Source: an uncultured Acidimicrobiia bacterium (GTDB lineage Bacteria > Acidobacteriota > Terriglobia > Versatilivoradales > Versatilivoraceae). Taken from it: a DNA stretch of 64,000 bases. This document shows, piece by piece, positions 53,433 through 64,000 of the stretch. The position numbers and the translations under genes are program-made. The notes beneath the pieces are model-generated. The model saw only the letters and a program-made list of their open reading frames with translations. It was not told the origin of the DNA and did not search any database. The stretch spans positions 768,001 through 832,000 of the forward strand of contig CAWBAT010000005.1 of the NCBI GenBank assembly GCA_963786955.1, written 5' to 3'. Numbering within the stretch: the stretch's first letter is position 1; every line of letters begins with the position of its first letter.

Positions 53433-53685
53433 TTTGTTCCTGAAGGGGAGAGGCATTCGAATAGGATAGCCAGCTGCAAAGAAAAGAATTGTAAAACATA
53501 TCCTCCACCTCAGTACACTATCGTGTTGGTTCCTTTTGTTTCAAGATTGAGCGTTTCCAGTCAAGTTTGACTAAACGACTCTCTGCAGCAGCCCGCTGGC
53601 CCCCAAGGGCGAAAACCCTTTACATTAAAATTTGGATTGGGTAGATTGCTAAAGAACTTACCTGAACGAGGCTTAACGGTTTCTC

Positions 53686-53781
53686 ATGCAGATTTCTAGA
53701 GTTCAGCAACTCGGGATCTCTCTTCTGACGACCCTTATCTTTATCTTCCTGCTTCTGCGCTACCTCTTGGCTCCACAATGA
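53686..53781 (+). CDS. 31-aa single-TM small protein coupled to miaA
   Basis: MQISRVQQLGISLLTTLIFIFLLLRYLLAPQ*; ATGA overlap with the miaA start. Confidence 0.5.
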   Translation: MQISRVQQLGISLLTTLIFIFLLLRYLLAPQ

Positions 53782-54803
53782 GTTTCCCCCTGATTGCTGT
53801 GGTTGGTCCAACCGGAAGCGGGAAGTCCAATCTGGCATTGGAACTGGCCAAGCGCTTCTGCGGAGAAATTGTCAGTTGCGATTCCATGCAGATCTATAAG
53901 GATTTCAATATCGGCACGGCCAAACTCACGGGAACTCAACAACAGCAAATCCCCCATCACCTCATTGATCTCGTTGAACCAGACCATTTGTTCACAGCCG
54001 GGGATTATGGGCGGCTCGGACGAAAGGTCCTTGAAGATATCATTCGCCGAAACCGACTCCCCATTGTTGCGGGAGGAACCGGGCTCTATTTGAAAGCTTT
54101 GCTGGAAGGACTTTTCGAGGGACCGCAACGTTCAGAGAAATTGAGAGAAAGATTCCACAATTTGGCCGCTCTCAAAGGCCCGGCACACCTTCATCGTCTC
54201 CTCCAGAAAGTAGACCCTACGTCCGCGTTGCGAATTTCTCCGCATGACCAACCCAAACTCATTCGGGCCATCGAAGTTTTTTTCTTAACCGCCAGACCCC
54301 TTTCCCAGCATTTCCGTGGAGGCAGAGATCCATTAAAAGGATTCACAATTCTAAAAATCGGCTTAAACCCTCCCCGTGAGCCGCTCTACCGGACAATTGA
54401 TCTCAGAGTGGAGTCTATGTTTCATGTGGGCCTCATCCAAGAAGTTCAATCTCTTCTCGCAACAGGGTATTCCTGCGAACTGAAACCCTTCCAGTCTCTG
54501 GGATACATACAGACGGTTGCTCACCTGCGGGGAGAATTAAGTGTGGAAGAGGCCATCTCTTCCACTCAAAGAGAAACCCGCCGTTACGCGAAACGACAAT
54601 TGACATGGTTTCGAAAAGAAAAAGAAGTCCTATGGTTTAATGGTTTTGGTTCTGATACAACATTAGTGTCGTCCGTCTTTCGCGAAGTTGAGGACTTCTT
54701 CAAAACGACAATTCAGCAAGATGAAAGACCGCACCCTTTCCGGTTGTTCGAAAGGAATCGAACCGAAAAAGACGGTCATGAGATTGAAGTGAACGGGAAA
54801 TAA
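53778..54803 (+). CDS. miaA: tRNA dimethylallyltransferase
   Basis: GPTGSGKS, DSMQIY, GGTGLY, YAKRQLTWF. Confidence 0.96.
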   Translation: MSFPLIAVVGPTGSGKSNLALELAKRFCGEIVSCDSMQIYKDFNIGTAKLTGTQQQQIPHHLIDLVEPDHLFTAGDYGRLGRKVLEDIIRRNRLPIVAGGTGLYLKALLEGLFEGPQRSEKLRERFHNLAALKGPAHLHRLLQKVDPTSALRISPHDQPKLIRAIEVFFLTARPLSQHFRGGRDPLKGFTILKIGLNPPREPLYRTIDLRVESMFHVGLIQEVQSLLATGYSCELKPFQSLGYIQTVAHLRGELSVEEAISSTQRETRRYAKRQLTWFRKEKEVLWFNGFGSDTTLVSSVFREVEDFFKTTIQQDERPHPFRLFERNRTEKDGHEIEVNGK

Positions 54804-54827
54804 GGTGTCATGCCTTGAAAGGATACT

Positions 54828-55076
54828 ATGGAAAAACAAATTCAAAACATTCAGGACGTATTTTTGAACAATGTAAGAAAAGACAAGGCACAGACGACAG
54901 TTTATCTGATGACGGGGGTAACGTTGACTGGCAAAATCAAAAGCTTCGATAAGTACTCCGTTATCCTGGAATCGAATAACCAGGACCAGCTCATTTTCAA
55001 GCATGCTATTTGCAGTGTTGCGGCCGGGAAACTGGTTCCAGGAGAGTCTGGAGCAACAACCCCGACGAAACCATAA
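54828..55076 (+). CDS. hfq: RNA chaperone Hfq
   Basis: [25 protein letters not shown]; miaA-hfq-hflX synteny. Confidence 0.93.
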   Translation: MEKQIQNIQDVFLNNVRKDKAQTTVYLMTGVTLTGKIKSFDKYSVILESNNQDQLIFKHAICSVAAGKLVPGESGATTPTKP

Positions 55077-55093
55077 TCCCCATCAGGTCCCCA

Positions 55094-56371
55094 ATGACAT
55101 CGAATCGATTGAAGAAGGAAAAGACTCTACTCTTTGGGTGTCCATTGAAGTCATCCCGTCATGGTTCTTCCCCAAACCACTATGCATTCACTCCGGAAGA
55201 GTCGCTGGAGGAACTGGGGTCTCTCGTTGTTTCTGCCGGGGGGGAAGTTTTGGATCAATTCATTCAGGAACGCGCCCATTACGATTCCGCGACCTTGATC
55301 GGCAAGGGGAAAGTCCAGGAACTTGCAGACAAGATACAACAGTTGAAAGCCGATCTAGTCGTCTTTGATGAGGCTCTTTCTCCTGCCCAACAAAGAAACA
55401 TTGAGCAACGCATTGCATGTCGAGTAATCGATCGGACACAACTTATTCTCGATATTTTTGCCCATCGTGCCAGAACGCGAGAAGGTAAACTACAGGTTGA
55501 ACTGGCCCAGCTGAACTATCTCTTGCCACGACTTTCAGGAAAGGGAATTGAACTCTCCCGATTGGGTGGCGGAATCGGAACCCGCGGACCCGGAGAAACC
55601 AAATTGGAAACCGACATTCGGAAGATCCGTCGTCGGATCCACACCATTAAACTAGAGTTGGAGCACGTTCGAAGTCACCGCGCTTTGCACCGCGGATTGC
55701 GGGGTTCGATCCCAATGGCCACAATTTCCCTGGTTGGTTATACCAATGCGGGGAAATCAACCCTTTTCAATTTATTAACACGCGCAGGGACATTTGCCTC
55801 TGACCAATTATTTGCAACTTTAGATCCACTCTTACGCCGGCTCAAGCTGCCCTCTAAACGCCAAGCTGTACTCTCGGATACCGTTGGATTCATCAACAAA
55901 CTTCCTACCGATCTCGTGTCGGCATTTCGCGCTACCCTCGAGGAAATTGGCCAAGCAGCGCTGCTCCTTCATATCATTGACGTATCGAATCCCCGTTGGC
56001 AGCAACAACGCGATTCCGTGCTTCAGGTTCTCGACAACCTGGGTTACGCCTCCAAGCCAATCCTGGATGTTCACAATAAAGTAGACTTGATTGACTCCGT
56101 TTCAGTTCCGGATACCCTCCACGAATATGTTCCCATCTCTGCGGCACAAGGTTCGGGGATTCCTCTTCTCTTAAAGAAAATAGATGAACTGCTGCAGCAG
56201 GACCCTCTCATCCGGGCGAGGTTTATCTTCGACCATCAAAATATCAGTTACTTGTCCCAACTGCATGCCAGCAGTCGCTTGATCAGCGAAGCCTACACTG
56301 AGGAGGGGGTCTGCGTGGAAGTTGAAGCACCTTCCTCCCTCGTCCAAAAACTCAGGCAGTTCCAGGCATAA
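55094..56371 (+). CDS. hflX: GTPase HflX
   Basis: QVELAQL, RGPGETKLE, GYTNAGKS, FATLD, DTVGF, NKVD. Confidence 0.95.
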   Translation: MTSNRLKKEKTLLFGCPLKSSRHGSSPNHYAFTPEESLEELGSLVVSAGGEVLDQFIQERAHYDSATLIGKGKVQELADKIQQLKADLVVFDEALSPAQQRNIEQRIACRVIDRTQLILDIFAHRARTREGKLQVELAQLNYLLPRLSGKGIELSRLGGGIGTRGPGETKLETDIRKIRRRIHTIKLELEHVRSHRALHRGLRGSIPMATISLVGYTNAGKSTLFNLLTRAGTFASDQLFATLDPLLRRLKLPSKRQAVLSDTVGFINKLPTDLVSAFRATLEEIGQAALLLHIIDVSNPRWQQQRDSVLQVLDNLGYASKPILDVHNKVDLIDSVSVPDTLHEYVPISAAQGSGIPLLLKKIDELLQQDPLIRARFIFDHQNISYLSQLHASSRLISEAYTEEGVCVEVEAPSSLVQKLRQFQA

Positions 56372-56399
56372 AGAATGTAACCCTTTTTCTTGTTTGTAC

Positions 56400-57257
56400 G
56401 GTGATCACCCTTCCGGCTCTCGCCCCCCTCTGCGACAAAGGGGACTGGCGCTGGACTTAGGACTAGCAAAGAAGCGAGCGGATCGGATGTGGGAAAAGTC
56501 CCCGTCATCAGCGAGAGCCCAGTGTTACGACAGATTCTTTCGAATCCAATCGTTCGCGTACTTGTAGTCGGGAAATTCTTTTTCTCGAATCTTAAATTCT
56601 CTGGAATGCCGGATTCGGCAATCGAAATTTGCAGAATCAGCGGAGGTGGCATGGAGCATTTCGTGGTAAAGCACATAGGAAACAATCGCTTCAGGCACTC
56701 GCGGTTCATCAAAGACACGGCTAATGGTTATGGAATGGTGGGAGGGGTCAAAGTGCCCGAGTATGCGCCGGCTTTTTTTCAGACTCCAGCCCAGCTTAAT
56801 CTCTTTAAGTTTCCCTTCAAAGTATTGATGATTCAGCTGGGTGAAGAGGGTTAAGCAGGTCGAAATGTGTCCCCCTCGGACCAGAATGAAGTTTCCGTCC
56901 CCGCTCCCTTCGGTTGGTCTGGGATTTCTGTTTCATTTCAAACGAATTTGAAAAGGCGAGGTACTTTTGGGAAGCGGAGCGCGGAATCCGGCGACGATAA
57001 AGTTTGAATAGAAGGATGACGGCCAGTGCTTCAATCACATCCCCAGGAGCATGTTCGAACAAGTCGCTGAGTCGCACTAAAAGATAGCCATTCCGGAGCC
57101 GAATCGTGTGATTGATCCCCACAAAAGGATAGATCTCGATGTGAATCGAAGGCTGCGAATCGAGGTGTGTGAGTTGCTCCAGAACATCCTCAAATGCTCG
57201 ACGTGTCTGCTGAATAAATTCCAAACTACTTTCCTGAAACAAAGAACGTTGGGTCAT
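56400..57257 (-). CDS. SprT-like / zincin metalloprotease domain protein (frameshifted; 3' end approximate)
   Basis: N-terminal ORF 56817-57257; YVLYHEMLH read on the minus strand near 56650-56680. Confidence 0.65.
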
Positions 57258-57946
57258 GACTTAGTTCTTTCTTATCTTTCGCCTTCTTGGCATCTCTTAT
57301 CCTTTTGATTTCTAGCATGAGCTGATCCGTGGCTTTATCCAGATCTTCGGCTAATTCGTGTTGAGCTTGCACAATTTCCTCGGTTGTTTCCCGTTCCGCC
57401 TTGCTCCAGCTTTTGGTCTCCATTGCCTTGAACCACTGAATTTGCTTTCTGAAGGAATCCATCCAATTTATTTAAGGATTTTAAGTACTCCTTGGGGTCC
57501 AAAGGAATGCTTCTAGAGTTTTCAACATTCGTGCTCACTTCATCCACGCAATAAAGGTAGCCATTCAGGATTTCCTCCAATGTTTCAGGCGGCTCCTTTC
57601 TTTTTCCTTCTTTCGGGATGGAAGGACTGGATTTGGACTCGGCCGGCTTCTGGCTCGCCGACCTTCGAATTTGAGCCATCTTCTTTCACTTCTTCTTTAG
57701 CATCCGTTTTGCTCGGGGACCGCTAGGCGGACTTTTTCAAACCGCTTATTCAGAATTCCGTTAAAAACATTCATCCGAAAAGGCGGATCTTGAGCCTCCC
57801 GGAGTTGTTCAATTTCTTCCTCGGTCAGGTAATCATGCTTCTGAGAGGCCACGGTACTTTTCAATTGGGATAAGAAAGATGAGACAGACACACAGGAAGA
57901 GTGCCATTCTCAAAATCGTCGGCACCAGGCTGTATCCGGATCTCAT
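57226..57946 (-). CDS. Secreted helical hypothetical protein (frameshifted)
   Basis: Signal-like MALFLCVCLIFL, then DYLTEEEIEQLREAQDP; fragments 57697-57891, 57335-57679, 57226-57462. Confidence 0.5.
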
Positions 57947-57949
57947 AGC

Positions 57950-58470
57950 CATACGCCTAGTCATTTGAGTTTCATTTCGTGTGCCAAAATTTCCTTCCCC
58001 GAAGATCTTCACAAGCATGCTTTCCTGAGCCGCTCTGGCATCCTCAATTGTCCCATTTAATTTCTGAGCCTGTTCATAAGGGTAACTCGATCTCAGATCT
58101 TCCAGTGCCCGCAATTGTCTCCTCAAGGCAATCTCAAAATCCTTGAAACCCGCTGGATTTTTTTGAGCGTTCTTCCCTGACGATATGAGTATTTCTTGAG
58201 TTTGGTGGATGATCGCCCGGTAACGAGACAAAGATTGATCCGCTTCATGTGAAATTACTTTTCTTGGCTTGTTGAGCCGCGCCTCGCAACTGGAAGTCTG
58301 CCATCTGGATGAGTGTCTTAGCTTTACCAATCGGGTCCGTCGGTCGTCTTTGAGTTTTTCTCGAGTTTCAAGTAATTCTTATCAGAAATTTCCTCGGCGG
58401 AATGAAGCACGCAAACAAAACAAGCCAAGGTCAGAATCTGAAAAAGAAGAACTAGACGAGAATGTAATGG
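57950..58470 (-). CDS. Helical hypothetical protein (boundaries approximate)
   Basis: ORF 57833-58330 core (GFKDFEIALRRQLRALEDL) in the co-oriented cluster. Confidence 0.4.
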
Positions 58471-58479
58471 TTTGACTTA

Positions 58480-59882
58480 TTCGGTGATGCAGGCATCTGA
58501 TCCAAGAAAGAAAATAAGCTTTAGCGTCTTCTTGATTTTTTTCAAAACTTTCAGCCTTTCCCTGGCTTGAAAGTTTTGGACGTCGCTCTTTCCTTGGTCC
58601 ATTCCAGAAATTTTTGATAATTGGACATGGCATCGGGAATATCCTTGAGATTGTCATAGGCAAGGCCAAGATGGAAGTAGGTTCCGGGAATTTCAGGTCG
58701 AGCTTCTTTGAATTTCGAGAGGGCAACAATGGCTTCCGGATATTGCTCTGAGCATCAAAACAGACCCTAAATTACTATAGCACTGGACGAAATCCGGCTT
58801 TAGTTGCAGTGTCGTCAAGAATGATCGCAATGCACACTCATAGTCCTTTTGGTGCCGACAAAGGGTTCCCTAAATGAAAATGCAGCTGGAGATTAGCCGA
58901 AGTTGCGGCCTCCTTCCTAAATATGATCATGGCTTTATCTAATCTGGCCAGATTTTTCGTAGACGGCAGCTAAGTCCAGCAGAGGTTCTGACGTCGATTC
59001 TTATTCGTTTGCTGCTTGATAGCCAATTGAAAGTAGTGAATGGCACCTGGCATATCTCCTTTTTTCACGAGGATTCTGGCCATCATCTCCTGTACCTCAG
59101 CCTCTTGAGGGTTCGCATCCGCCAAGGGTTTGAGGAGATTCACGCATTTCTCCATCTGATCTGTTTCAAAATAGATTTGGGCCAAATCAAGACCAATCGG
59201 ATGTTTTTTTCCCCACCCTCTTTTGCCATGGCTAAATGACTCTCTGCTTCTTTCCAATTCCGCTGCTTCAGGTAAATGGAGCCGAGTGCTTCATGAACGT
59301 CAAGCTGATCTTTTTCAGTCTTCGCTAAAGGCAGTGCCTGCAAAAGTGAGGTCAATGCATTGGCAAGATTGCCCCCAATTCTTGGGCTTTCCCTCCCAGA
59401 AAAATTGACTGGAAGTTCCCTTGATTAAGGATTTTCGCTGTCTGAAAGTGAGCGATCGCTCCCTCAAGATTCTTTTGGCCGAGCAGGATAATGCCCCAGT
59501 TCAACTCGGCTTCCCAGAGCTTAGGGTTGATTTGGAGAGCAGCTTGATAGGACTGAATCGCTTCACCGGTTTTTCCGAGACGGGTAAAAGCAAGGGCTAT
59601 GCCGAAATGAGCGCCATCGTTATCTGGTTGGTTTTCGAGTGAGACGACGGTACTCCTGCACAGCGTCCTGGAACTTCCCTTCATTGAGCAATTTTTGCGC
59701 CTTTTCGTAGTGTTCTGACGGATTCGGATCTCCTGAAGGCGGTTTCCCTGCAGAAGTTTTTCCGGGACTTTTTCCCTTACCCTCCCTTGTGGCTTGAGAC
59801 ATCGAGGAGAGAAGAGGGGGGAAGCAGTTGCAAAAGAAACCAAAAGGCAAGCAACGATGGTCTTGACGCGGTAACCATTCAT
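58480..59882 (-). CDS. Tetratricopeptide repeat protein, exported (frameshifted; 3' end approximate)
   Basis: Signal MNGYRVKTIVACLL; TPR motifs AHFGIALAF..GEAIQSYQAALQINP and LAQIYFETDQ. Confidence 0.75.
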
Positions 59883-59924
59883 GGTAGTTGAAAATGATTT
59901 CATCCCCTTGGGATTGAGAGCAGC

Positions 59925-62877
59925 CTAGCCTGAAGAGTTGGTGACCGCGGGTGGATTCCCCTGGGTTGAAAGACACGTCTTTCAGATAGGAACCGGTATA
60001 GCTCCCAGCAGTCTGGGCAACTTCTTCAGGTGTTCCGCAGGCAACAAGCTTCCCTCCCTTGTCCCCCCCTTCAGGGCCAAGATCAATGATCCAGTCCGCA
60101 GTCTTGATCACATCCATGTTGTGCTCGATGACAAGCAGCGTCGCCCCGGTCCGAAGCAGCTTTCTAAAAGCGATCAGCAATTTGTGAATATCATCAAAAT
60201 GGAGCCCCGTGGTGGGCTCATCAAAAATATAGAGTGTACTTTGTTTGACCTGTTTCGCGAGAAAAGAGGCCAGTTTAACCCGCTGAGCTTCTCCTCCTGA
60301 GAGAGTAGAAGCGGGCTGCCCCAAACGAAGGTAGCCTAATCCTACTTCCTGCAGGAACTTGAGACGGTTGGTCAGCCTGGGAACGGCTGCGAAAAAGGCG
60401 ATTGCCTCTCTCACGGTCATTTGGAGCACATCATAGATGTTCTTACCCTTGTAGCGAACTTCCAAGATACCCGGCTTAAAACGCATTCCTTTGCATTCCT
60501 CGCAAACCAACTCCACATCAGCGAGGAACTGCATTTCCACGGTGACCGTGCCATCCCCCTCACATGCTTCACAACGTCCCCCCGGGATATTGAAGGAAAA
60601 ATGGCCAGCCGCAAACGACCGATTCTGAGCTTCTGTTGTCGAAGCAAAGAGATCGCGAATGGCATCATAGGCTTTTGTATAAGTCACGGGGTTTGAGCGA
60701 GGAGTTCTTCCGATAGGCGACTGGTCTACCAGCACAACATCCGAAATCCATTGGTCCCCTTCGATGGCGCGAAAATTTCCTTTTTCCGCAGACTCTCCGC
60801 GTCGTGCTTTCATTGCCGAGAAGATGACATCATGGACTAGGGTCGATTTACCTGAACCAGACACACCCGTGATGCACGTCATGACTCCAAGAGGAATCGC
60901 GACATCCAGGCTCTTGAGATTGTGTTGGGTGGCTCCATAGATCTTAAACCATCGTCCGTTTGTCGATAGGCGAGCTGCTGGCAGTGGAATTCTCAATTCG
61001 TTTTTGAGATATCTTCCGGTCAGTGAATGGGCAGAGGCAAGAAGTTCCTGATAGCTACCTGCAAAAACCACCTGCCCCCCTTGTTCACCAGCACCCGGTC
61101 CCAGGTCAAGGATGCGGTCGGCCGCCTTCATCATCTGTGCCTCGTGCTCAACAACCAGCACGGTATTTCCTGTATTTCGGAGATTCTTCAGGATATCGAT
61201 CAATCGGGAATTGTCTCTCGGATGGAGACCAATGGAAGGCTCATCCAGGACATATAACACACCCACCAGAGCGGATCCTAGTGAGGTTGCGAGCTGAATG
61301 CGTTGTGACTCTCCCCCCGACAAAGTAGACGCCAGCCGGTCGAGGCCCAAATATTCCAGGCCCACATCCAAGAGGAATTTCAAGCGCAATTGGATCTCTT
61401 CTAAGATTTTCTCCCCGACCGAAGACTCGTAAGGCGAAAGTTCCAAGGAACCAAAAAATGTATTTGCTTGCTCGACGGTCATCGCGGAGATTTCGGTGAT
61501 ATCCTTTTCGGCAATCTTGATCGCTCGAGCTTCAGGTCTCAGCCGCGACCCTTCACAATCCGAACACAACGTATAACCCCGGTAACGGCTCAAGAAAACG
61601 CGGATATAAAGTTTGTATTTCTTCGATTCCAATCGATCAAAGAACCGACGAATCCCGATGAATTGATCATCGCCTTTGTAGATGAGCTCCTTTTGGTCGG
61701 AAGAAAGGCTGCGGTAAGGAACATTCAATGGAATGGCCTGCCGCGTGGCAAAACGTTTGAAGTCTGCGCTCAAAGTCCGATAACGCGGCTTTGTCCATGG
61801 CTCAATGGCACCTTGTTGAAGACTCTTCTCGGGATCAGGGATCACCAGATTCATGTCGAAATCGACGGTATTGCCAAAGCCCTGACAACGCGGACAAGCC
61901 CCAAAAGGATTGTTGAAGGAAAATAGGCGAGGTTCTGGATTCGTATACTCAATGTGGCAGCGCTGACATTCAAATTTGTCACTGAAGGAAAAACGGGTGC
62001 CAACGTCCAGAGTCAGCTTCTGGCCTAGAGCCGATGGCCATTTCTCGGAAAGAATTGTATTCTGTTCCACCTCTCCAGGCTCAGGTAGGCTGACGATTTC
62101 GACGGTCACATGACCATCCCCTTCGCGACAACAGGTTTCTAAGGAATCCACAAGACGCTGCCGCATCCGGGAGTTGATTTCAAGTCGGTCGACCAAAACG
62201 AAGAGGTCTCGTGTAAAATCAAGGTCAAGAAGCGATTCCGGTGAAGATAAATCATGAATTCTCCGCTCCTGAAACAGACGGTGAAATCCCTCTCTCCTCA
62301 AATCCATCAGCACTTCACGAAGGGCGTCTTCAGCAAGGGCCGGTTTCTTTTTCCTGGTTTTAGTCTTGACCGCCAGATGGCGACTCTCTTTCGCCTTGCG
62401 ATAGGCAGAAAACGGAAAAAGAACATAAATTCGGGTCCCTGCTGGCAAGGAAAGAAGCCCCTGAGCGACGTCTCCCATTTCGTCTTTCTTAACTTCCTGA
62501 TGACATTGCAAACAAATTGTGCGCCCAACCCTCGCAAACAGGAGCCGAAGATAGTCATAGACTTCCGTCACCGTTGCCACGGTCGATCTGGGATTGCGTA
62601 CTGCATTCTTCTGACGAATGGCAATGGCCGGGGCGATTCCTTCGATCTCCTCCACATCCGGCTTTTCAATTCGTTCCAGGAATTGACGGGCGTAGGCCGA
62701 GAGGGATTCAATATAACGTCTTTGACCTTCTGCATAAATCGTGTCAAAAGCCAGGCTGGACTTGCCTGACCCGCTCACTCCAGTAATGACGGTCAAACTG
62801 TTATGCGGGATTTCGCAACTGATGTTCTTGAGGTTATGGACTTTGGCGCCCTTTACGATAAGAGATTCGCTACTCAT
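59925..62877 (-). CDS. uvrA: Excinuclease ABC subunit A (C-terminal read-through is a frameshift artefact)
   Basis: GVSGSGKS twice, LSGGESQR / LSGGEAQR, CxxC zinc fingers, DEPSIGLH / DEPTTGLH. Confidence 0.95.
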
Positions 62878-63002
62878 TTCACTTCCGTTTCGGACTCGTC
62901 CTATAGAGATAGAAACTAAGCCGGTTTGAAATCTTTTATTATAGGAAACCTAAGAATCGGTTTCAAGGCTAGTCCGAAGCTGTAATATACTCAGAAATCG
63001 TC

Positions 63003-63737
63003 ATGAGCAACCCGCTAGACATAACCATCGTCATTCCAGCCTATAATGAAGCGGCTCGCCTTCCCGCAACCCTTAAGACTATTCGGGATTACTTCGAAAA
63101 GCAAACCTGGTCCGCAGAGGTGATCGTGGTCAACGACGGGTCAACCGATCAAACGGTAGGTGTTGTCGAAGAACTCTTAACAAAGTGGGAAAGTCTCAGG
63201 CTGGTCGATAACCACGGGAATTGCGGGAAAGGCTACAGCATTCGACACGGCACATTGCAAGCGAAAGGCAAGATCGTTTTGTTCAGCGACGCAGATCTTT
63301 CGGCCCCGGTGACTGAATTACCCAAGTTGGTGATGCCAATTCTTCGGGACGATTGTGACATCACTTTGGGATCGCGAGGAATCGATCGGTCCTTGATCGG
63401 TGTTCATCAATCCCGGTTTCGTGAGATTTCGGGAATGATCTTTAATCTTCTGGTCCAGATCACAATTGGGCTCCCTTACAAAGATACGCAATGTGGTTTT
63501 AAAGCTTTCAAGCGGGAAGCTTCCCTCCCGGTTTTTGAGCGGCAAACGATCATGGGTTTTGGGTTTGACCCTGAGCTTCTGTACATCGGAAGGAAGCGAG
63601 GGTTAAGGATACGGGAAATTCCGATTCGGTGGAATCATGTGGAAGGCACGACGGTCCATTTCCTGCAAGACTCTTTGAAGATGTTTCTGGACTTGATTTT
63701 GATCCGCTGGAATGATCTGAAAGGGAAATATGATTGA
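63003..63737 (+). CDS. GT2 polyprenol-phosphate glycosyltransferase
   Basis: VIPAYNE, VNDGSTD, GKG, SDADL, DTQCGFK. Confidence 0.9.
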   Translation: MSNPLDITIVIPAYNEAARLPATLKTIRDYFEKQTWSAEVIVVNDGSTDQTVGVVEELLTKWESLRLVDNHGNCGKGYSIRHGTLQAKGKIVLFSDADLSAPVTELPKLVMPILRDDCDITLGSRGIDRSLIGVHQSRFREISGMIFNLLVQITIGLPYKDTQCGFKAFKREASLPVFERQTIMGFGFDPELLYIGRKRGLRIREIPIRWNHVEGTTVHFLQDSLKMFLDLILIRWNDLKGKYD

Positions 63738-63746
63738 GAGGCCATT

Positions 63747-64000
63747 ATGACGATGCTCGGAGTCAATATCGACCACATTGCGACGATCCGCGAGGCTCGA
63801 AAAACCAACGAGCCGGATCCGGTTGCCGCCGCGGTAATCGCCGAACTTGCCGGCGCCCAGGGGATCACGGTCCATTTGCGAAGTGACCGCCGGCACATTC
63901 AGGATCGTGACGTCGAATTACTCCGTGAAACGATTAAGACTCGTCTCAATCTCGAGATGGCCGCAACCGATGAGATGGTGGGAGTCGCTCTGGACGTGAA
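63747..64000 (+). CDS. pdxJ: Pyridoxine 5'-phosphate synthase (partial)
   Basis: [44 protein letters not shown]. Confidence 0.93.
   Translation, partial: MTMLGVNIDHIATIREARKTNEPDPVAAAVIAELAGAQGITVHLRSDRRHIQDRDVELLRETIKTRLNLEMAATDEMVGVALDV

Noticed and set aside
53600-53625. GGGCGAAAACCC hairpin as a c-di-GMP riboswitch
   Set aside because: The second stem and conserved GCAAA motifs are absent; it is only a short hairpin.
59620-59925. UvrA-TPR fusion
   Set aside because: Read-through from a frameshift near the uvrA end; the TPR gene has its own signal-peptide start at 59882.

Overview
About 52% GC bacterial chromosome segment. Gene content (miaA-hfq-hflX, FHA-GAF-PP2C, SprT-like and TPR genes) suggests Acidobacteriota; this is an inference. 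Many single-base frameshifts, even in polA and uvrA, point to an unpolished long-read assembly rather than real pseudogenisation. The backbone carries an SPFH/SpeD/DUF4178/DUF350/SpeE/amine-oxidase operon, apaG, a cyclophilin, tricorn protease, an MFS transporter, apgM, pyc, arsR-arsM, an acyl-CoA ligase, mpg, a TolB-like gene, bioA, tRNA-Ser(TGA) followed by a small accessory patch (B12/radical-SAM-like gene), M23, pfkB, radC, polA, namZ, miaA-hfq-hflX, uvrA and a partial pdxJ. The most striking signal is intergenic. A GxxExxY (PD-(D/E)XK-like) gene at 27363-27760 is bracketed by inverted arms made of tandem 9-mers (NNCGCCAAG). Six more short elements with the same arms occur within 28 kb. 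One still carries the 3' end of a GxxExxY gene, and two share homologous spacers in opposite orientation. This looks like an autonomous/non-autonomous mobile element family with no recognisable transposase. Heptamer-array hairpins, GTAG REPs enclosed in terminal inverted repeats, and CCCC/GGGG palindromes also occur in intergenic spaces.
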